From Halarcobacter sp. (lineage in GTDB: Bacteria > Campylobacterota > Campylobacteria > Campylobacterales > Arcobacteraceae): 64,000 nt of DNA. A program made the translations under genes and the position numbers. Position 1 is the first letter of the stretch, and each line of letters opens with the position of its first letter. The stretch lies in NCBI GenBank assembly GCA_963676565.1, contig OY781089.1, positions 2,976,001 through 3,040,000 of the forward strand, in the 5' to 3' direction. Positions 51,440-63,544 of the stretch are shown one piece after another. Below the pieces are notes generated by a model that did no database searches, was not told the origin of the DNA, and saw nothing but the letters and a program-made list of their open reading frames with translations.

Positions 51440-52364
51440 TTAATTCACCTAATACTTTCTCTAAACTTGCCATATCAGAAACATTTACAGTTGGTGTTCC
51501 TTTACAAATTTTTCTATTTAGACCTTTTAAAACAATACCATTTCCAAACTCAATCATCATATCTACACTAGAAGCATTAGCACTTACTGATTGCTTATAT
51601 TTAACGGAAGACACCAATTGTTCTGAAAGTAGTTCAATTGCCTCATCCTTTGTAGAATAAGCCTCTGCAGTTACATTTGAAATAACTGGAGAAAATTCAT
51701 CTTTTAAATACTCTTCTAAATATGGCTTTAAATTTTCAACTGCTGATGTTAAAAGTTCACAGTGTGAAGCAACACTCATATCAAGTACAATTGCTCTTTT
51801 TGCTCCAGCTTCTTTAAATGTATCAACTAAGCTTTCAAGGTCAGCTTTAATACCAGCTAAAACTAATTGTCCATCCATATTATAATTTGCTGGCCAAACT
51901 TGTTTTCCAAGTTCTTGTTGCTCTTTACAAATATCCTCAACAACTTTATCTCCCAGTCCAACTAATGCCATCATACCAGCTCCACCACCTGAACAAGCTT
52001 CATTCATAAAAAGCCCTCTTCTATGAACTAGTTCAACTGCATCTAAATAATCTAATGCTCCAGCTGCAACTAATGCTGAAAATTCACCTAATGAATGTCC
52101 TAATACAAATTCTGGTACAACATCACACTTTTCTTTAAAAATTGCATTTGCAATTGAACTTACAAGTAAAATTGCAGGCTGTGTATATTCTGTTTGTCCT
52201 AATTTATCATTTTCTGCAAAAAGAAGTTCTTCAAAATTTATATTTAATCTTTGGCTAGCTTTACTAATCATCTCTTTAGCGATGTCGCTATTTTCAAAAA
52301 AATCTTTTCCCATTCCTACAGATTGACTTCCCTGTCCAGGGAAAATAAAAGCTACTTTTTTCAT
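51432..52364 (-). CDS. fabD: Malonyl-CoA:ACP transacylase
   Basis: FPGQGSQ, TQPAI, GHSLGE. Confidence 0.97.
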   Translation of the reverse strand: MKKVAFIFPGQGSQSVGMGKDFFENSDIAKEMISKASQRLNINFEELLFAENDKLGQTEYTQPAILLVSSIANAIFKEKCDVVPEFVLGHSLGEFSALVAAGALDYLDAVELVHRRGLFMNEACSGGGAGMMALVGLGDKVVEDICKEQQELGKQVWPANYNMDGQLVLAGIKADLESLVDTFKEAGAKRAIVLDMSVASHCELLTSAVENLKPYLEEYLKDEFSPVISNVTAEAYSTKDEAIELLSEQLVSSVKYKQSVSANASSVDMMIEFGNGIVLKGLNRKICKGTPTVNVSDMASLEKVLGELND

Positions 52365-52428
52365 CTCTTTTACCTTTTAAATTTAAAATTGAGCAGTATT
52401 ATACTGAAAGTTTTTATTCATATAAATA

Positions 52429-52463
52429 AAAAAGCCCAAGAGTAGCAAACTCTTGGGCTTTTT
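52429..52463. terminator. Intrinsic terminator downstream of slyD
   Basis: AAAAAGCCCAAGAGT-AGCAA-ACTCTTGGGCTTTTT. Confidence 0.9.
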
Positions 52464-52512
52464 GTTTAGTTTTAAAACTAAGTTAAAACTACATATTTTC
52501 GCAAACTGCGAA

Positions 52513-53088
52513 CTAATGGCTACAACCACATCCACCATGTGATTGTTGTGGTTGAGGCTCAGATGAACAACATCCACCTTCACTACCATGATCGTGTCCG
52601 CCACCACCGCAGCATCCACCACCCATAGCAGCCATTCCGCCAACTACACCAGTTTGGATCTCTTCTTCAGTTGCATCTCTTAAAGATAATACAGTTACTG
52701 AGAACATTAAAGTTTTACCAGCCATTGGGTGATTATAATCAATTGTTACATCAGAATCAGAAAAAGATTTAACAGTTACTTGAACTGTTTCACCTTGCTC
52801 ACCAGTTCCATATAAAGTCATTCCTTCAGTTAATTCGATTCCTGCAAATTGCTCTTTTGGAAGAGTTTGCATTGCTTCTTCATTATACTCACCATAAGCT
52901 TCTGCTGGTTGAACCATAACATCTGCTTGCTCATTTTCAGCCATTTCAACAAGTTTAGACTCTAAACCTGGAATAATTTGACCTCTACCAGAAATAAATT
53001 CTAAAGGAGCTCCACCAACATTTGAGTCTAGTTGCTCACCAGAATTTGCATCTTTTAAACTATATTCAATACCAATTACTTTTGACAT
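52513..53088 (-). CDS. slyD: FKBP-type PPIase with His/Cys-rich metal-binding tail
   Basis: IIPGLE, DYNHPMAGK, GGCCGGGGHDHG..GCGCSH. Confidence 0.95.
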   Translation of the reverse strand: MSKVIGIEYSLKDANSGEQLDSNVGGAPLEFISGRGQIIPGLESKLVEMAENEQADVMVQPAEAYGEYNEEAMQTLPKEQFAGIELTEGMTLYGTGEQGETVQVTVKSFSDSDVTIDYNHPMAGKTLMFSVTVLSLRDATEEEIQTGVVGGMAAMGGGCCGGGGHDHGSEGGCCSSEPQPQQSHGGCGCSH

Positions 53089-53106
53089 TATTTTCCTTTA
53101 TAAATT

Positions 53107-54054
53107 TTATTTTAATTTTCTTAATCGTTTTTCAGCTTCTTTTGCCTCTTTTGAATTTGGATACATATCAATTACAGAGGTATAAAAGTTAACTGCGTTT
53201 CCTAAATCATTTGTTTCTTCAAAGGCAATTGCACTATGAAGAAGCAATTCAGGCATATAATCAGCCTTGTCATATAACATTGCTGATGTTTTAAAATACC
53301 TAATGGCATCATCATATTTTTCACGGTAATACCACATATTACCTAAATAAAAATTACTTGCCGCAGGTTTATAGTTTCTCTCAAGTAACTCTTCAAACAT
53401 AGGAATTGCTTTTGTAAACCAATCTTTTTTAAATAGTCTATATGCTTCATTATACATATCTTCACTACTTAAATCGGATGATACCTTTTTTGTTTTAGGT
53501 TTTGCTGTAGATTTATTACTAGTTTTTACGCCTAAAGATTTTTTTAAAGCTTCAAACTCTTCTCTAGTAATAAACTGATTCATATTTGATTTAAACTCTT
53601 TCTCTGAAATATAACTTTTATTAATCTTGTTTATTGTATTGCTTAATTTTTCTACGGCAAGTTTAAGGTTTGCAATATTTTTTGCAAACTCTTCTTGCAT
53701 TAATAAAATCTGTTCTATATCTGTACTGTGTTTTTCAGTAAGTGTTGAATTCTCTTCAACTTTTTTTATAATCTCATTTATCTTTAAAACTGAAGTATTT
53801 AATTTTTGAGAATCACCTTCATAGATAGATTCTAATCCATCAATTCTTTCATTAATTGATTCCAAAGATAATTTTACATCTTTAACTTTTGAATCAACAT
53901 TTTCTAAAGTTTTTCTTGTTTTTAGTAAATTTTTTTCAGTAGAATTTAATCCATAAGGATTTTTTGAATTTAAATCACCCGCACCAAATGCTGAGACCTC
54001 TTCAGCCCCAGCAATGGCACCAAGTAAAAAGAAAGTTAGTGCAAGTTTTTTCAT
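53107..54054 (-). CDS. Coiled-coil/TPR protein of the tol-pal locus (CpoB/YbgF-like)
   Basis: Signal peptide, coiled coil, TPRs ending YPNSKEA. Directly downstream of pal. Confidence 0.82.
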   Translation of the reverse strand: MKKLALTFFLLGAIAGAEEVSAFGAGDLNSKNPYGLNSTEKNLLKTRKTLENVDSKVKDVKLSLESINERIDGLESIYEGDSQKLNTSVLKINEIIKKVEENSTLTEKHSTDIEQILLMQEEFAKNIANLKLAVEKLSNTINKINKSYISEKEFKSNMNQFITREEFEALKKSLGVKTSNKSTAKPKTKKVSSDLSSEDMYNEAYRLFKKDWFTKAIPMFEELLERNYKPAASNFYLGNMWYYREKYDDAIRYFKTSAMLYDKADYMPELLLHSAIAFEETNDLGNAVNFYTSVIDMYPNSKEAKEAEKRLRKLK

Positions 54055-54057
54055 AAA

Positions 54058-54606
54058 TTACTTAACTAATTTGTGCTCTGATCTTCTGTTTTTTGACCAA
54101 CAATCTTTATTTTTGTCAGTACATACAGGATTGCTCTCACCAAAACTAACTACAGAAACAGCATCTGAAGCAATTCCGTCCATAACTAAAGCATCTTTTA
54201 CAACTTTTGCTCTTTTTAAACCTAAAGCATAGTTGTACTCATCAGTTCCCCACTCATCACAGTTACCTTCAACTTTGATTGTAGTTCCAGATTGGATACC
54301 TGCTAATTTCGAAGCATTTGATTTTGCAACTTCTTTCATATCAGAAGTTAAGTTATATTTATCAAATCCAAAATAGATATTTTCAATAAATACTTTTTCT
54401 CCATTGATCATATAGTAATAACCTTTATCTGCTCTTTCTAACATTGCATCATTGATAACTTCATCTTGAATATTTGAGTTATCGATATTATTTAATGCTG
54501 ATTCAGAGTTTTTTGGAGCTTCATTTCCAACTTCTACCTCTTTTTGACTACATCCAGTAAATAATACTGCTGCAACTAAGAAAGTATAAATGCTTAATTT
54601 CTTCAT
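54058..54606 (-). CDS. pal: Peptidoglycan-associated lipoprotein
   Basis: Lipobox FTGC, IYFGFD, EGNCDEWGTDEYNYALG, SFGE, NRR. Confidence 0.95.
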   Translation of the reverse strand: MKKLSIYTFLVAAVLFTGCSQKEVEVGNEAPKNSESALNNIDNSNIQDEVINDAMLERADKGYYYMINGEKVFIENIYFGFDKYNLTSDMKEVAKSNASKLAGIQSGTTIKVEGNCDEWGTDEYNYALGLKRAKVVKDALVMDGIASDAVSVVSFGESNPVCTDKNKDCWSKNRRSEHKLVK

Positions 54607-54736
54607 GGCGTTGTTTCCTTATTTAAAATTTCAATTGATTTTACTAAATCTAAACTTAAGCTCGGTTTACAAGGGTTTTTGAGATTTTGTATATCTTGTA
54701 AAATTATTATACATTATCTTAAAATACCCTTTAATT

Positions 54737-56011
54737 TTACCAATCTATTGATTGGATTTTCCCATTTTTAAGTGGGAACAAATATGATTTATCATGATTA
54801 AGTCTGATAATTCCAATAGAACTTCTATCTCTAACTGTTTTTAGAAAAATAACTGATTCACCATCTGGTGAAAATTTAGGAAATTGATTACTTCCATTTG
54901 CAGTTAGTCTTTTAAGATAATCAGATTTTGTAGACATCAAATATAGATTAAAGGCAAAATCACCAAATTCATTCCCTTTATCCCTACTTGTGTAAACTAT
55001 ATAATCTTTAAAAGTAGTTGCAGATGAGTTATTTTTTCCATGGTAAACTAATCTTTCAACTCCCCTACTTCCAAGTTTTTTTGCAAAAATATTTGGATAA
55101 CTCAATCTATCAGAAACAAAAACGATTTTTGAATCATTTTCTACAAATCTAGCTCCAACATCAATCCCTTTATAAGTAGTAAGTCTAATTTTAGATTTAT
55201 TTCTTGTATCATAAAGATAAATATCTGGTTGATATTCTGGGCTGGCAGTAATTAAAACCTTTTTTCCATCTTCACTTATATCAGACGCTACAATCATACC
55301 TTCACTTTTCATGATAGTTTCTCTTTTTCTAGTGTAAAGATTTGTTTTTACAAGTGTTGGGATACCTTTATCATAAGTTGTGTAGTAAAACTCTTCTTGC
55401 TTAGTTTTACTTGCCCATTTAGGGAAAATATTTAGTCCACCTCTAATAACTGGTTTTTGGAAAGTTAAAGTATAATCAGCAATTATAATATCAGCTTTTC
55501 TTGCTTCTTTATATTGTGAAAATAAAACAAACTTATCCATCCACTCTATTGATGGTGCTTTTAGATGTTTGTTAACTGCAATTGAGATTCTGTGTGCTAA
55601 AAATGGATATCTATCTTCTAAAGAAGTTGTAAAACTTCTATTAAATACTAACTGTCTTGTATTTATATCAAATAACTTAACCATAACAGAGATTCCACCA
55701 AATCCACTAACTTGTGTATTTATATTTAAAAACAAGTCAGTTCCTCTATTTGAAAGAGTAAGAACATTTGGCATTGAATTATAATCAACACTTTCGTTTG
55801 ATTTTAATACGTCAAAGTGACCACTTACTTCCAAATCTTTTTCGATCATTTTTTTAATTTTAGTTGTTAATGTTTTTTTCATTGTATTAGGTGAAACACC
55901 AATCTCTACTTTTGGAAGATTTGTAGAGTTTTTTACAATATCAAGTTCTGCATCAGCTGCAAAAACAGAAATAGAAAATATTAAAACTGAAACAATTAAT
56001 TTTTTTATCAT
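54737..56011 (-). CDS. tolB: TolB
   Basis: Signal peptide and PD40-like propeller (FVSDR, PKFSPDG); operon position. Confidence 0.92.
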   Translation of the reverse strand: MIKKLIVSVLIFSISVFAADAELDIVKNSTNLPKVEIGVSPNTMKKTLTTKIKKMIEKDLEVSGHFDVLKSNESVDYNSMPNVLTLSNRGTDLFLNINTQVSGFGGISVMVKLFDINTRQLVFNRSFTTSLEDRYPFLAHRISIAVNKHLKAPSIEWMDKFVLFSQYKEARKADIIIADYTLTFQKPVIRGGLNIFPKWASKTKQEEFYYTTYDKGIPTLVKTNLYTRKRETIMKSEGMIVASDISEDGKKVLITASPEYQPDIYLYDTRNKSKIRLTTYKGIDVGARFVENDSKIVFVSDRLSYPNIFAKKLGSRGVERLVYHGKNNSSATTFKDYIVYTSRDKGNEFGDFAFNLYLMSTKSDYLKRLTANGSNQFPKFSPDGESVIFLKTVRDRSSIGIIRLNHDKSYLFPLKNGKIQSIDW

Positions 56012-56015
56012 TTAT

Positions 56016-56750
56016 TTATCCTTCTGATTTAAAGTTTATAATAATATCAACTTTAGAGTTAATTTTGTGTGTAGGAAAGCTTTCATTTATTTGACTTTCT
56101 AAAAACTCTTTTAATGATTGATCAAATCTGTCATTTCCAGAATATTTCATTACTCTATAATCAAATACTCCACTATTTGTAATCATTACAAGAACTTTCA
56201 CGGTAAGACCTGGCTCTAAAAGTGAGGGATTCCATCTTTGCCATAAAATCTCTTTAATTTTTGAAAAATATTCATGCTCTTCACCATTTGATGTTGCAGA
56301 TGTTTTTGGCATATTTGTTGTAGTTTTTGTATCATTTAAAAGTTTATTTACATTTAGATTATCAGTTTTCTTTTGTTTTTGAAATTTTGATTTAAATCTA
56401 CTTGGATCTAAAGATTCTTTTACGGTACTAGTATTTTCTTTAACAACTTTTTTTGCAGTAGTTTTTACTTTTGCAAAAAGTGACTTTGCATCTACACCTT
56501 TTTGTTCACTTGACCTTGATGTTGATTTTTTTACTACTTCTTTAGGTTTAGGTTTTTGAACACTTTTTTTAGCAACTTTTTTTTCTGTTGCTTTTGTTGA
56601 AATCAATTCTAATTCTAAAACAGTCGTTTTTGAAGAATCATATTTTTTTGGTTTTGGTGCATAAATATAAAGTAAAAAAGTGAAACATATTGCTAAATAA
56701 ACTGTAATTGATAAGAATCCAGATAGATAAAAAATACCTTTTTTTTCCAT
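56016..56750 (-). CDS. TolA/TonB-like protein
   Basis: N-terminal TM, Lys-rich linker, TonB_C-like SG..FD motif. Lies between tolR and tolB. Confidence 0.82.
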   Translation of the reverse strand: MEKKGIFYLSGFLSITVYLAICFTFLLYIYAPKPKKYDSSKTTVLELELISTKATEKKVAKKSVQKPKPKEVVKKSTSRSSEQKGVDAKSLFAKVKTTAKKVVKENTSTVKESLDPSRFKSKFQKQKKTDNLNVNKLLNDTKTTTNMPKTSATSNGEEHEYFSKIKEILWQRWNPSLLEPGLTVKVLVMITNSGVFDYRVMKYSGNDRFDQSLKEFLESQINESFPTHKINSKVDIIINFKSEG

Positions 56751-56752
56751 AA

Positions 56753-57145
56753 TTACCCATCAGTTATTAATGCAACTTTGTAAAAACCAGCTTCTTTTAC
56801 TGATTTTAATACAAACATAATATCATTATAAATTAAAGTTTTTTCTGCTCTTATATGAATTGGAATATTTCTATCTTGTTCCTTTGCAAATAAAACAAAG
56901 TTATCAGGGAAACTATCAAGTTCATATTTCTTTTTATTTACAATTACCATTCTATCTTTTGTAATTAATATATTGATTTTTTTAACTGCTTGAATAGATT
57001 TTGAAGCACTTCCTTGAGGAAGATTAATAGGTTCTTCAAATTCTATTACTGGTGCTGTAACCATTAAGATTGCAAGAAGTACTAGCATAATATCAACTAA
57101 AGGGGTAATATTTAAATCAGGTTTTTGGTTATAATCAAACACCAT
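56753..57145 (-). CDS. TolR/ExbD
   Basis: NITPLVDIMLVLL. Confidence 0.92.
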   Translation of the reverse strand: MVFDYNQKPDLNITPLVDIMLVLLAILMVTAPVIEFEEPINLPQGSASKSIQAVKKINILITKDRMVIVNKKKYELDSFPDNFVLFAKEQDRNIPIHIRAEKTLIYNDIMFVLKSVKEAGFYKVALITDG

Positions 57146-57706
57146 TTACCCTTTAGCTATCAAAATTTCTGATTGTGCCTTTATATAAGTATTTAACTCA
57201 TAAACTTTTCTTGTCAAAATTTGATGAAAAGTATAAGCAAATATAGCTACAAAAATACCAGCTGCGGTTGCAACTAAAGCTTCACTAATTGCTGGAGCAA
57301 TAACAGAAAAACCAACTTTACTTTCATTTGAAAATTTTGCAAATGACTCTAATATTCCAACTACTGTACCAAATAAACCAACAAAAGGTGCAGTTGAAGC
57401 AATAATTGATAACCATGTTATACCAACACTTGCATCTTTAATAATATTAATCTCACAAGCATTTAATATCTCTTTTGTATGAACACTATTAGAACATTTA
57501 TGTAATGCAGACATAGGAGATAAAGTAGAACTTCTAGAAGTTAAGTCATCAAGTGATTTTTTTTCATTGAAAATAGAAGATTTAATAGATAAAAATCTAT
57601 AAATAAAAATCCAAAAACATAATACGAAGTAGAATGAGAGTGTCAATAACACTAAAAGTGTTATTGCACTACCATTACCTAAGTAGTCTAAAGCTGTATC
57701 AATCAT
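57146..57706 (-). CDS. TolQ/ExbB proton channel
   Basis: APFVGLFGTVVGI, ISEALVATAAG. Confidence 0.92.
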   Translation of the reverse strand: MIDTALDYLGNGSAITLLVLLTLSFYFVLCFWIFIYRFLSIKSSIFNEKKSLDDLTSRSSTLSPMSALHKCSNSVHTKEILNACEINIIKDASVGITWLSIIASTAPFVGLFGTVVGILESFAKFSNESKVGFSVIAPAISEALVATAAGIFVAIFAYTFHQILTRKVYELNTYIKAQSEILIAKG

Positions 57707-57713
57707 TCTTTTC

Positions 57714-58091
57714 TTACGCGAAAGAGTTGATTTTTGCTTCTACTGCTGCTAATGATACATTTGCATCTTTAACAGAGTTAACTAAGTCTTTTGCAGCCTC
57801 AATATTTTTAGCGATTTCTGAATCTTTTCCAGCTGTTAGAGCAACTGCTCCATCAACTAAACAATCAACAGAACTTTCACTAACTTTTACATGTCCCCAA
57901 TTAATAGCGACAGCTTCAGTTGAGTCTGCTTTTTCTATAATAATTACGCCAACTGTTAGTGAAGAAACTAAAGATGCGTGTCCAGGTAGAACACCGAACT
58001 CTCCCTCTTTTCCAGGAAGAGTTACACTCTTTACTTCATCACTAAAAATTTGACCATTTGGTGCAACTATCGATAATTTTAATGTATCCAT
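57714..58091 (-). CDS. atpC: ATP synthase epsilon subunit
   Basis: LPGKEGEFGVLPGH. Confidence 0.96.
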   Translation of the reverse strand: MDTLKLSIVAPNGQIFSDEVKSVTLPGKEGEFGVLPGHASLVSSLTVGVIIIEKADSTEAVAINWGHVKVSESSVDCLVDGAVALTAGKDSEIAKNIEAAKDLVNSVKDANVSLAAVEAKINSFA

Positions 58092-58105
58092 AAAGCCGCC
58101 TTTAA

Positions 58106-59518
<1,413 letters not shown>

Positions 59519-60406
59519 TTATTTTAATGATTCAACACCACTGATAATTTCAATCAGCTCGGTTGTAATTGCAGCTTGTCTAGCTTTATTATATTCAACT
59601 GTTAACGAATCAACTCTCTCTTTTGCATTTGTTGTTGCAGCGTCCATTGCTTGCATTCTAGCACTATGCTCAGCAGCCAATGAATCAATTAAAGAGTAAT
59701 ACATATTAAAATCAATGTATTTAGCAGTTAATTCTTCTAACACTTCTTCATCATCATCTGGTTCAATTTCTAACATTGAAGATTCATTTTCAGAAATTTC
59801 AACATTTTCTAAACTAATTGGTAATAAATCTCTTACTCTAATCTCTTGAGTAAGCATATTTAAGAAACCATTATAAACCAAAACAACTTTATCTGTTTCA
59901 CCTTTTTGGAAGTCTTTAACAACCTCACCAATAAACTCTGCAGCTCTATCATAATCAGGAGCAGAAGATAAGTCAGATACTTTTTGTGTTAATTCAACAC
60001 CTTGGAATGAAAAGTAGTCAACACCTTTTCTTCCTGCTACTCTATATCTAACTTTTGCACCTTTTGCTTCATATTCAGCTGCTAATTTACTAACTGTTTT
60101 GATTGTTGCCATGTTAAAACCACCACAAAGACCTTTGTCAGCAGTTACAAAAACTAAATCAACAGTTTTTGGGTTTTCAACTGGTACAAATGCTTTACTA
60201 TCATTTCCACCATCTTGAACTTTGCTAACTCTGTTTGCAATCTCAGAAAGAACTTGATTAATCTTCTTTGCATAACTTCTAGCTTGGTCAGACAATTGTC
60301 TAGTTCTAGTAAGTTTTGCAGAAGATACAAGCTTCATAGCTTTTGTAGTCTTCTGAGTGTTTTTAACACTTCCAATTTTTAATTTAATCTCTTTTAAGTT
60401 AGCCAT
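59519..60406 (-). CDS. atpG: ATP synthase gamma subunit
   Basis: TKAMKLVS, DKGLCG, RQAAITTE. Confidence 0.98.
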   Translation of the reverse strand: MANLKEIKLKIGSVKNTQKTTKAMKLVSSAKLTRTRQLSDQARSYAKKINQVLSEIANRVSKVQDGGNDSKAFVPVENPKTVDLVFVTADKGLCGGFNMATIKTVSKLAAEYEAKGAKVRYRVAGRKGVDYFSFQGVELTQKVSDLSSAPDYDRAAEFIGEVVKDFQKGETDKVVLVYNGFLNMLTQEIRVRDLLPISLENVEISENESSMLEIEPDDDEEVLEELTAKYIDFNMYYSLIDSLAAEHSARMQAMDAATTNAKERVDSLTVEYNKARQAAITTELIEIISGVESLK

Positions 60407-60415
60407 AGACTATCC

Positions 60416-61933
60416 TTATTTTGCGCTGAAAACAGTTTTGAACTCTTCTAATGCAGCTTTTAATGCTGTTTCAGTATCTTCTTCAAGTTTTTTTGCTGTT
60501 TTAATTGAATCTAAAATATTTGCATATTTTTGCTCAATAAATGCATGTAATTCTTCTTCAAATCTTACAACATCTTCTACAGCTACATCTTCTAAGTAAC
60601 CTTTTGTACCAGCATAGATGATAACAATTTGTTTTTCAATTACTAATGGTTTATTAACACCTTGTTTTAATACTTCAACCATTCTTTGACCAAGTTCTAA
60701 CTCTTTTCTTGTACTTTCGTCAAGGTCAGATGCAAACTGTGCGAATGCTTCAAGCTCTCTAAATTGTGCAAGAGATAATTTTAATGTACCAGCAACTTGT
60801 TTAGTAGCTTTAATTTGTGCAGCACCACCAACTCTTGATACTGATAAACCTACGTTAATAGCTGGTCTGATACCAGAGTTAAATAGGTTAGTTTCAAGGA
60901 AAATTTGTCCATCTGTAATTGAAATTACGTTAGTTGGAATATATGCAGCAACGTCACCAGCTTGTGTTTCAATAATTGGTAATGCAGTCATAGAACCAGC
61001 ACCTCTTTCATCTGAAAGTTTAGCAGCTCTTTCTAATAATCTTGAGTGTAGATAGAATACATCCCCTGGGAACGCCTCTCTACCTGGAGGTCTTCTTAAT
61101 AATAAAGACATTTCTCTATATGCAACTGCGTGTTTTGATAAATCATCATAAACGATAAGTGCGTGTTTACCATTATCTCTAAAGTACTCACCAATTGTAA
61201 CACCAGTATATGGAGCTAAGAATTGTAAAGCTGAAGATTCAGAAGCACCAGCATTAACAACAATTGTATAATCCATAGCACCTGATTCTTCTAATGTTCT
61301 AACAACAGAAGCAACAGAAGAAGCTTTTTGTCCAATTGCAACATAAATACAAATTACATCTTCACCTTTTTGGTTAAGAATTGTATCAATAGCAACTGTA
61401 GTTTTACCAGTTTGTCTATCTCCAATGATAAGCTCTCTTTGTCCACGTCCTATTGGAACAAGTGCATCAATTGCTTTAATACCAGTTTGTAATGGTTCAT
61501 GAACAGATTTTCTAGCCATGATACCTGGTGCTTTTTCTTCAACAAATCTTGATTCAGATGATTCAATTGCACCTTTACCATCAATAGGATCACCAAGAGC
61601 ATTAACAACTCTTCCAACCATACCTTCACCAACTGGAGTTTCTAATAATTTACCTAATCTCTTACAAGAAGAACCTTCTCTTAATCCTTCTCCTGATCCA
61701 AGTACAACAACACCAACTGAAGACTCTTCTAAGTTTGAAGCAAGACCTCTCTCACCATTTTCAAACTCTACAATTTCTCCAGCCATAACGTTCTTAAGAC
61801 CGTATACTTGTGCAATACCATCTGCAAAAGAGATGATTTTTCCCGTTTCGTTAACATCTACATTTAATTCAAAGTTATCAATTCTTTCTTTGATGATTGA
61901 ACTGATTTCATCTGCTTGAATTTTTGCACCCAT
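60416..61933 (-). CDS. atpA: ATP synthase alpha subunit
   Basis: [31 protein letters not shown]. Confidence 0.99.
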   Translation of the reverse strand: MGAKIQADEISSIIKERIDNFELNVDVNETGKIISFADGIAQVYGLKNVMAGEIVEFENGERGLASNLEESSVGVVVLGSGEGLREGSSCKRLGKLLETPVGEGMVGRVVNALGDPIDGKGAIESSESRFVEEKAPGIMARKSVHEPLQTGIKAIDALVPIGRGQRELIIGDRQTGKTTVAIDTILNQKGEDVICIYVAIGQKASSVASVVRTLEESGAMDYTIVVNAGASESSALQFLAPYTGVTIGEYFRDNGKHALIVYDDLSKHAVAYREMSLLLRRPPGREAFPGDVFYLHSRLLERAAKLSDERGAGSMTALPIIETQAGDVAAYIPTNVISITDGQIFLETNLFNSGIRPAINVGLSVSRVGGAAQIKATKQVAGTLKLSLAQFRELEAFAQFASDLDESTRKELELGQRMVEVLKQGVNKPLVIEKQIVIIYAGTKGYLEDVAVEDVVRFEEELHAFIEQKYANILDSIKTAKKLEEDTETALKAALEEFKTVFSAK

Positions 61934-61954
61934 TCAATTTCTCCTTTATAAGTT

Positions 61955-62485
61955 CTAAACTGCTTTTAAAATATGATCAATCATTTGTGATTTTAATCTC
62001 TCTTTTGAGAATGAAATCTCAACACCAAGAGAATCAATATCTACCTTGATACCATCATAATCACAAACGTTTTGTGATAGTGATAAATTAACATTAAATT
62101 TTTTACTAAATTGTTCTTCTATTGAAGACATATATTTTTCATCTAATTTATTGTTAGTGTACACTACACCTGTATATGAGTTATTCATTATTGCTATTTT
62201 AGATTCTAAATCTTTAACAATATCTGGAATAAGTTCAAGTCTTTTGTTAGCCCCTAGTAACTTAACAAAATTCTTTAATTCATCTCCACTATTTTCAATA
62301 AATGAAATAACTAATTCAACTTTTTCACTATTTTTAACTTCTGATGAAGCTATAATAGATACAAACTTCTCATCAGCAAAAGCTGAAGAAATAGCTTTTA
62401 AATCATTACAAATAGCAGTTGCAGACTCAACATCTCTACCATCCAATAATGCCTTAACATATCTTTTTGCTATTAAATCATTCAT
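61955..62485 (-). CDS. atpH: ATP synthase delta subunit
   Basis: IAKRYVKAL, KRL; position upstream of atpA. Confidence 0.92.
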   Translation of the reverse strand: MNDLIAKRYVKALLDGRDVESATAICNDLKAISSAFADEKFVSIIASSEVKNSEKVELVISFIENSGDELKNFVKLLGANKRLELIPDIVKDLESKIAIMNNSYTGVVYTNNKLDEKYMSSIEEQFSKKFNVNLSLSQNVCDYDGIKVDIDSLGVEISFSKERLKSQMIDHILKAV

Positions 62486-63003
62486 TACGCTACCTTCTTA
62501 AGAACAATATTTGCTAACTCATCTTGTGATAATGAAACATTGTCTGAACTTAATAGCTCTTCAAGAATTTCTGAAACAATTTGTTTCTTAGCTTTAGAAG
62601 TTTCAACTTTGATTCTTTCATCAAAGCTTTTGTTTAAGTTTGCGATTTCAGCATCAACTGCTTCAGCAACTTTTTTCTTAACAGAATCAATATCTGCTTT
62701 TGCAGTTTCAACAATTTCCGCTGCTAAAGCTTTTGATTCTTCAAGTTTTTTATTTGCATCTTCTACTTTATCTTTTGAAGCTTTTAAAGTATCTTGTACT
62801 TTATCAAGCTCTGCTTGAATTGAAGCAGTTCTATCTGCAAAGAATGCTTTGATTTTATCAGCAAGCAAGTACCATAAAATTCCAGCAAAAATTATAAAGT
62901 TAACGGTTCTTTGAACTATATCATAGTTTGTTTCCGCACCTTCACTATTAGCGAGCAATGCCACAGGAGCCAGCGCTAATCCAAGTAATAATAATTTTTT
63001 CAA
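62485..63003 (-). CDS. atpF: ATP synthase subunit b
   Basis: RTVNFIIF TM helix plus coiled coil. Confidence 0.9.
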   Translation of the reverse strand: MKKLLLLGLALAPVALLANSEGAETNYDIVQRTVNFIIFAGILWYLLADKIKAFFADRTASIQAELDKVQDTLKASKDKVEDANKKLEESKALAAEIVETAKADIDSVKKKVAEAVDAEIANLNKSFDERIKVETSKAKKQIVSEILEELLSSDNVSLSQDELANIVLKKVA

Positions 63004-63017
63004 CCCTAACCTCCTAA

Positions 63018-63440
63018 TTAAATTGAGCTAATCTTAGCTTTCAAGCTCTCATTAAATTGAGGCATTGCAGCTACTAATGATTCTTTTAAAGCTTTCGTTT
63101 CTGCTTCTAAATCTTTTGTAAAGTTTGCAGATTTAGCTTCTAGATCCTCTTTAGCACTTGCAAGCTTTGCATCAGCAACTTCTTTCGCTTCGTTATATGC
63201 TTGTTCTCTAATTGCAGCTGCTTCTTTTTTAGCTTCAGCAATAACATGATTTGCTTCTTCTAACATCCCATCTACATCAGCAGAGTTTGATTGAGCATTT
63301 GCCAAGTCTTTTTTGATTGACGCTGCTCTATCATCCATATGCTTTAATAGAGGTGTAAATAGACAGCTGTTTAGTCTAGCAACAACTAAAAGAAAGATTA
63401 CTGCTGTACCTAGCAATAATACAGGACTTATGTCTAACAT
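63018..63440 (-). CDS. ATP synthase subunit b'
   Basis: TM helix, PLLKHMDDR and coiled coil. The tandem b'/b arrangement is typical of Campylobacterota. Confidence 0.9.
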   Translation of the reverse strand: MLDISPVLLLGTAVIFLLVVARLNSCLFTPLLKHMDDRAASIKKDLANAQSNSADVDGMLEEANHVIAEAKKEAAAIREQAYNEAKEVADAKLASAKEDLEAKSANFTKDLEAETKALKESLVAAMPQFNESLKAKISSI

Positions 63441-63544
63441 TCATTCCTCCATATTTTTTACAGTTTAGTTTGACTAAAACTGCCTAAATTTTATCCAAAA
63501 GTATTATAAACTTATATTAAAATGAGTAAAATAAGAAAAGAATT

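Noticed and set aside
52467..52480. 14-bp palindrome TAGTTTTAAAACTA
   Set aside because: It is almost all A/T and occurs once, so chance is plausible.
52383..52643. 86-aa ORF overlapping the slyD 3' end
   Set aside because: It is an alternative frame that crosses a terminator and has no recognisable motif.
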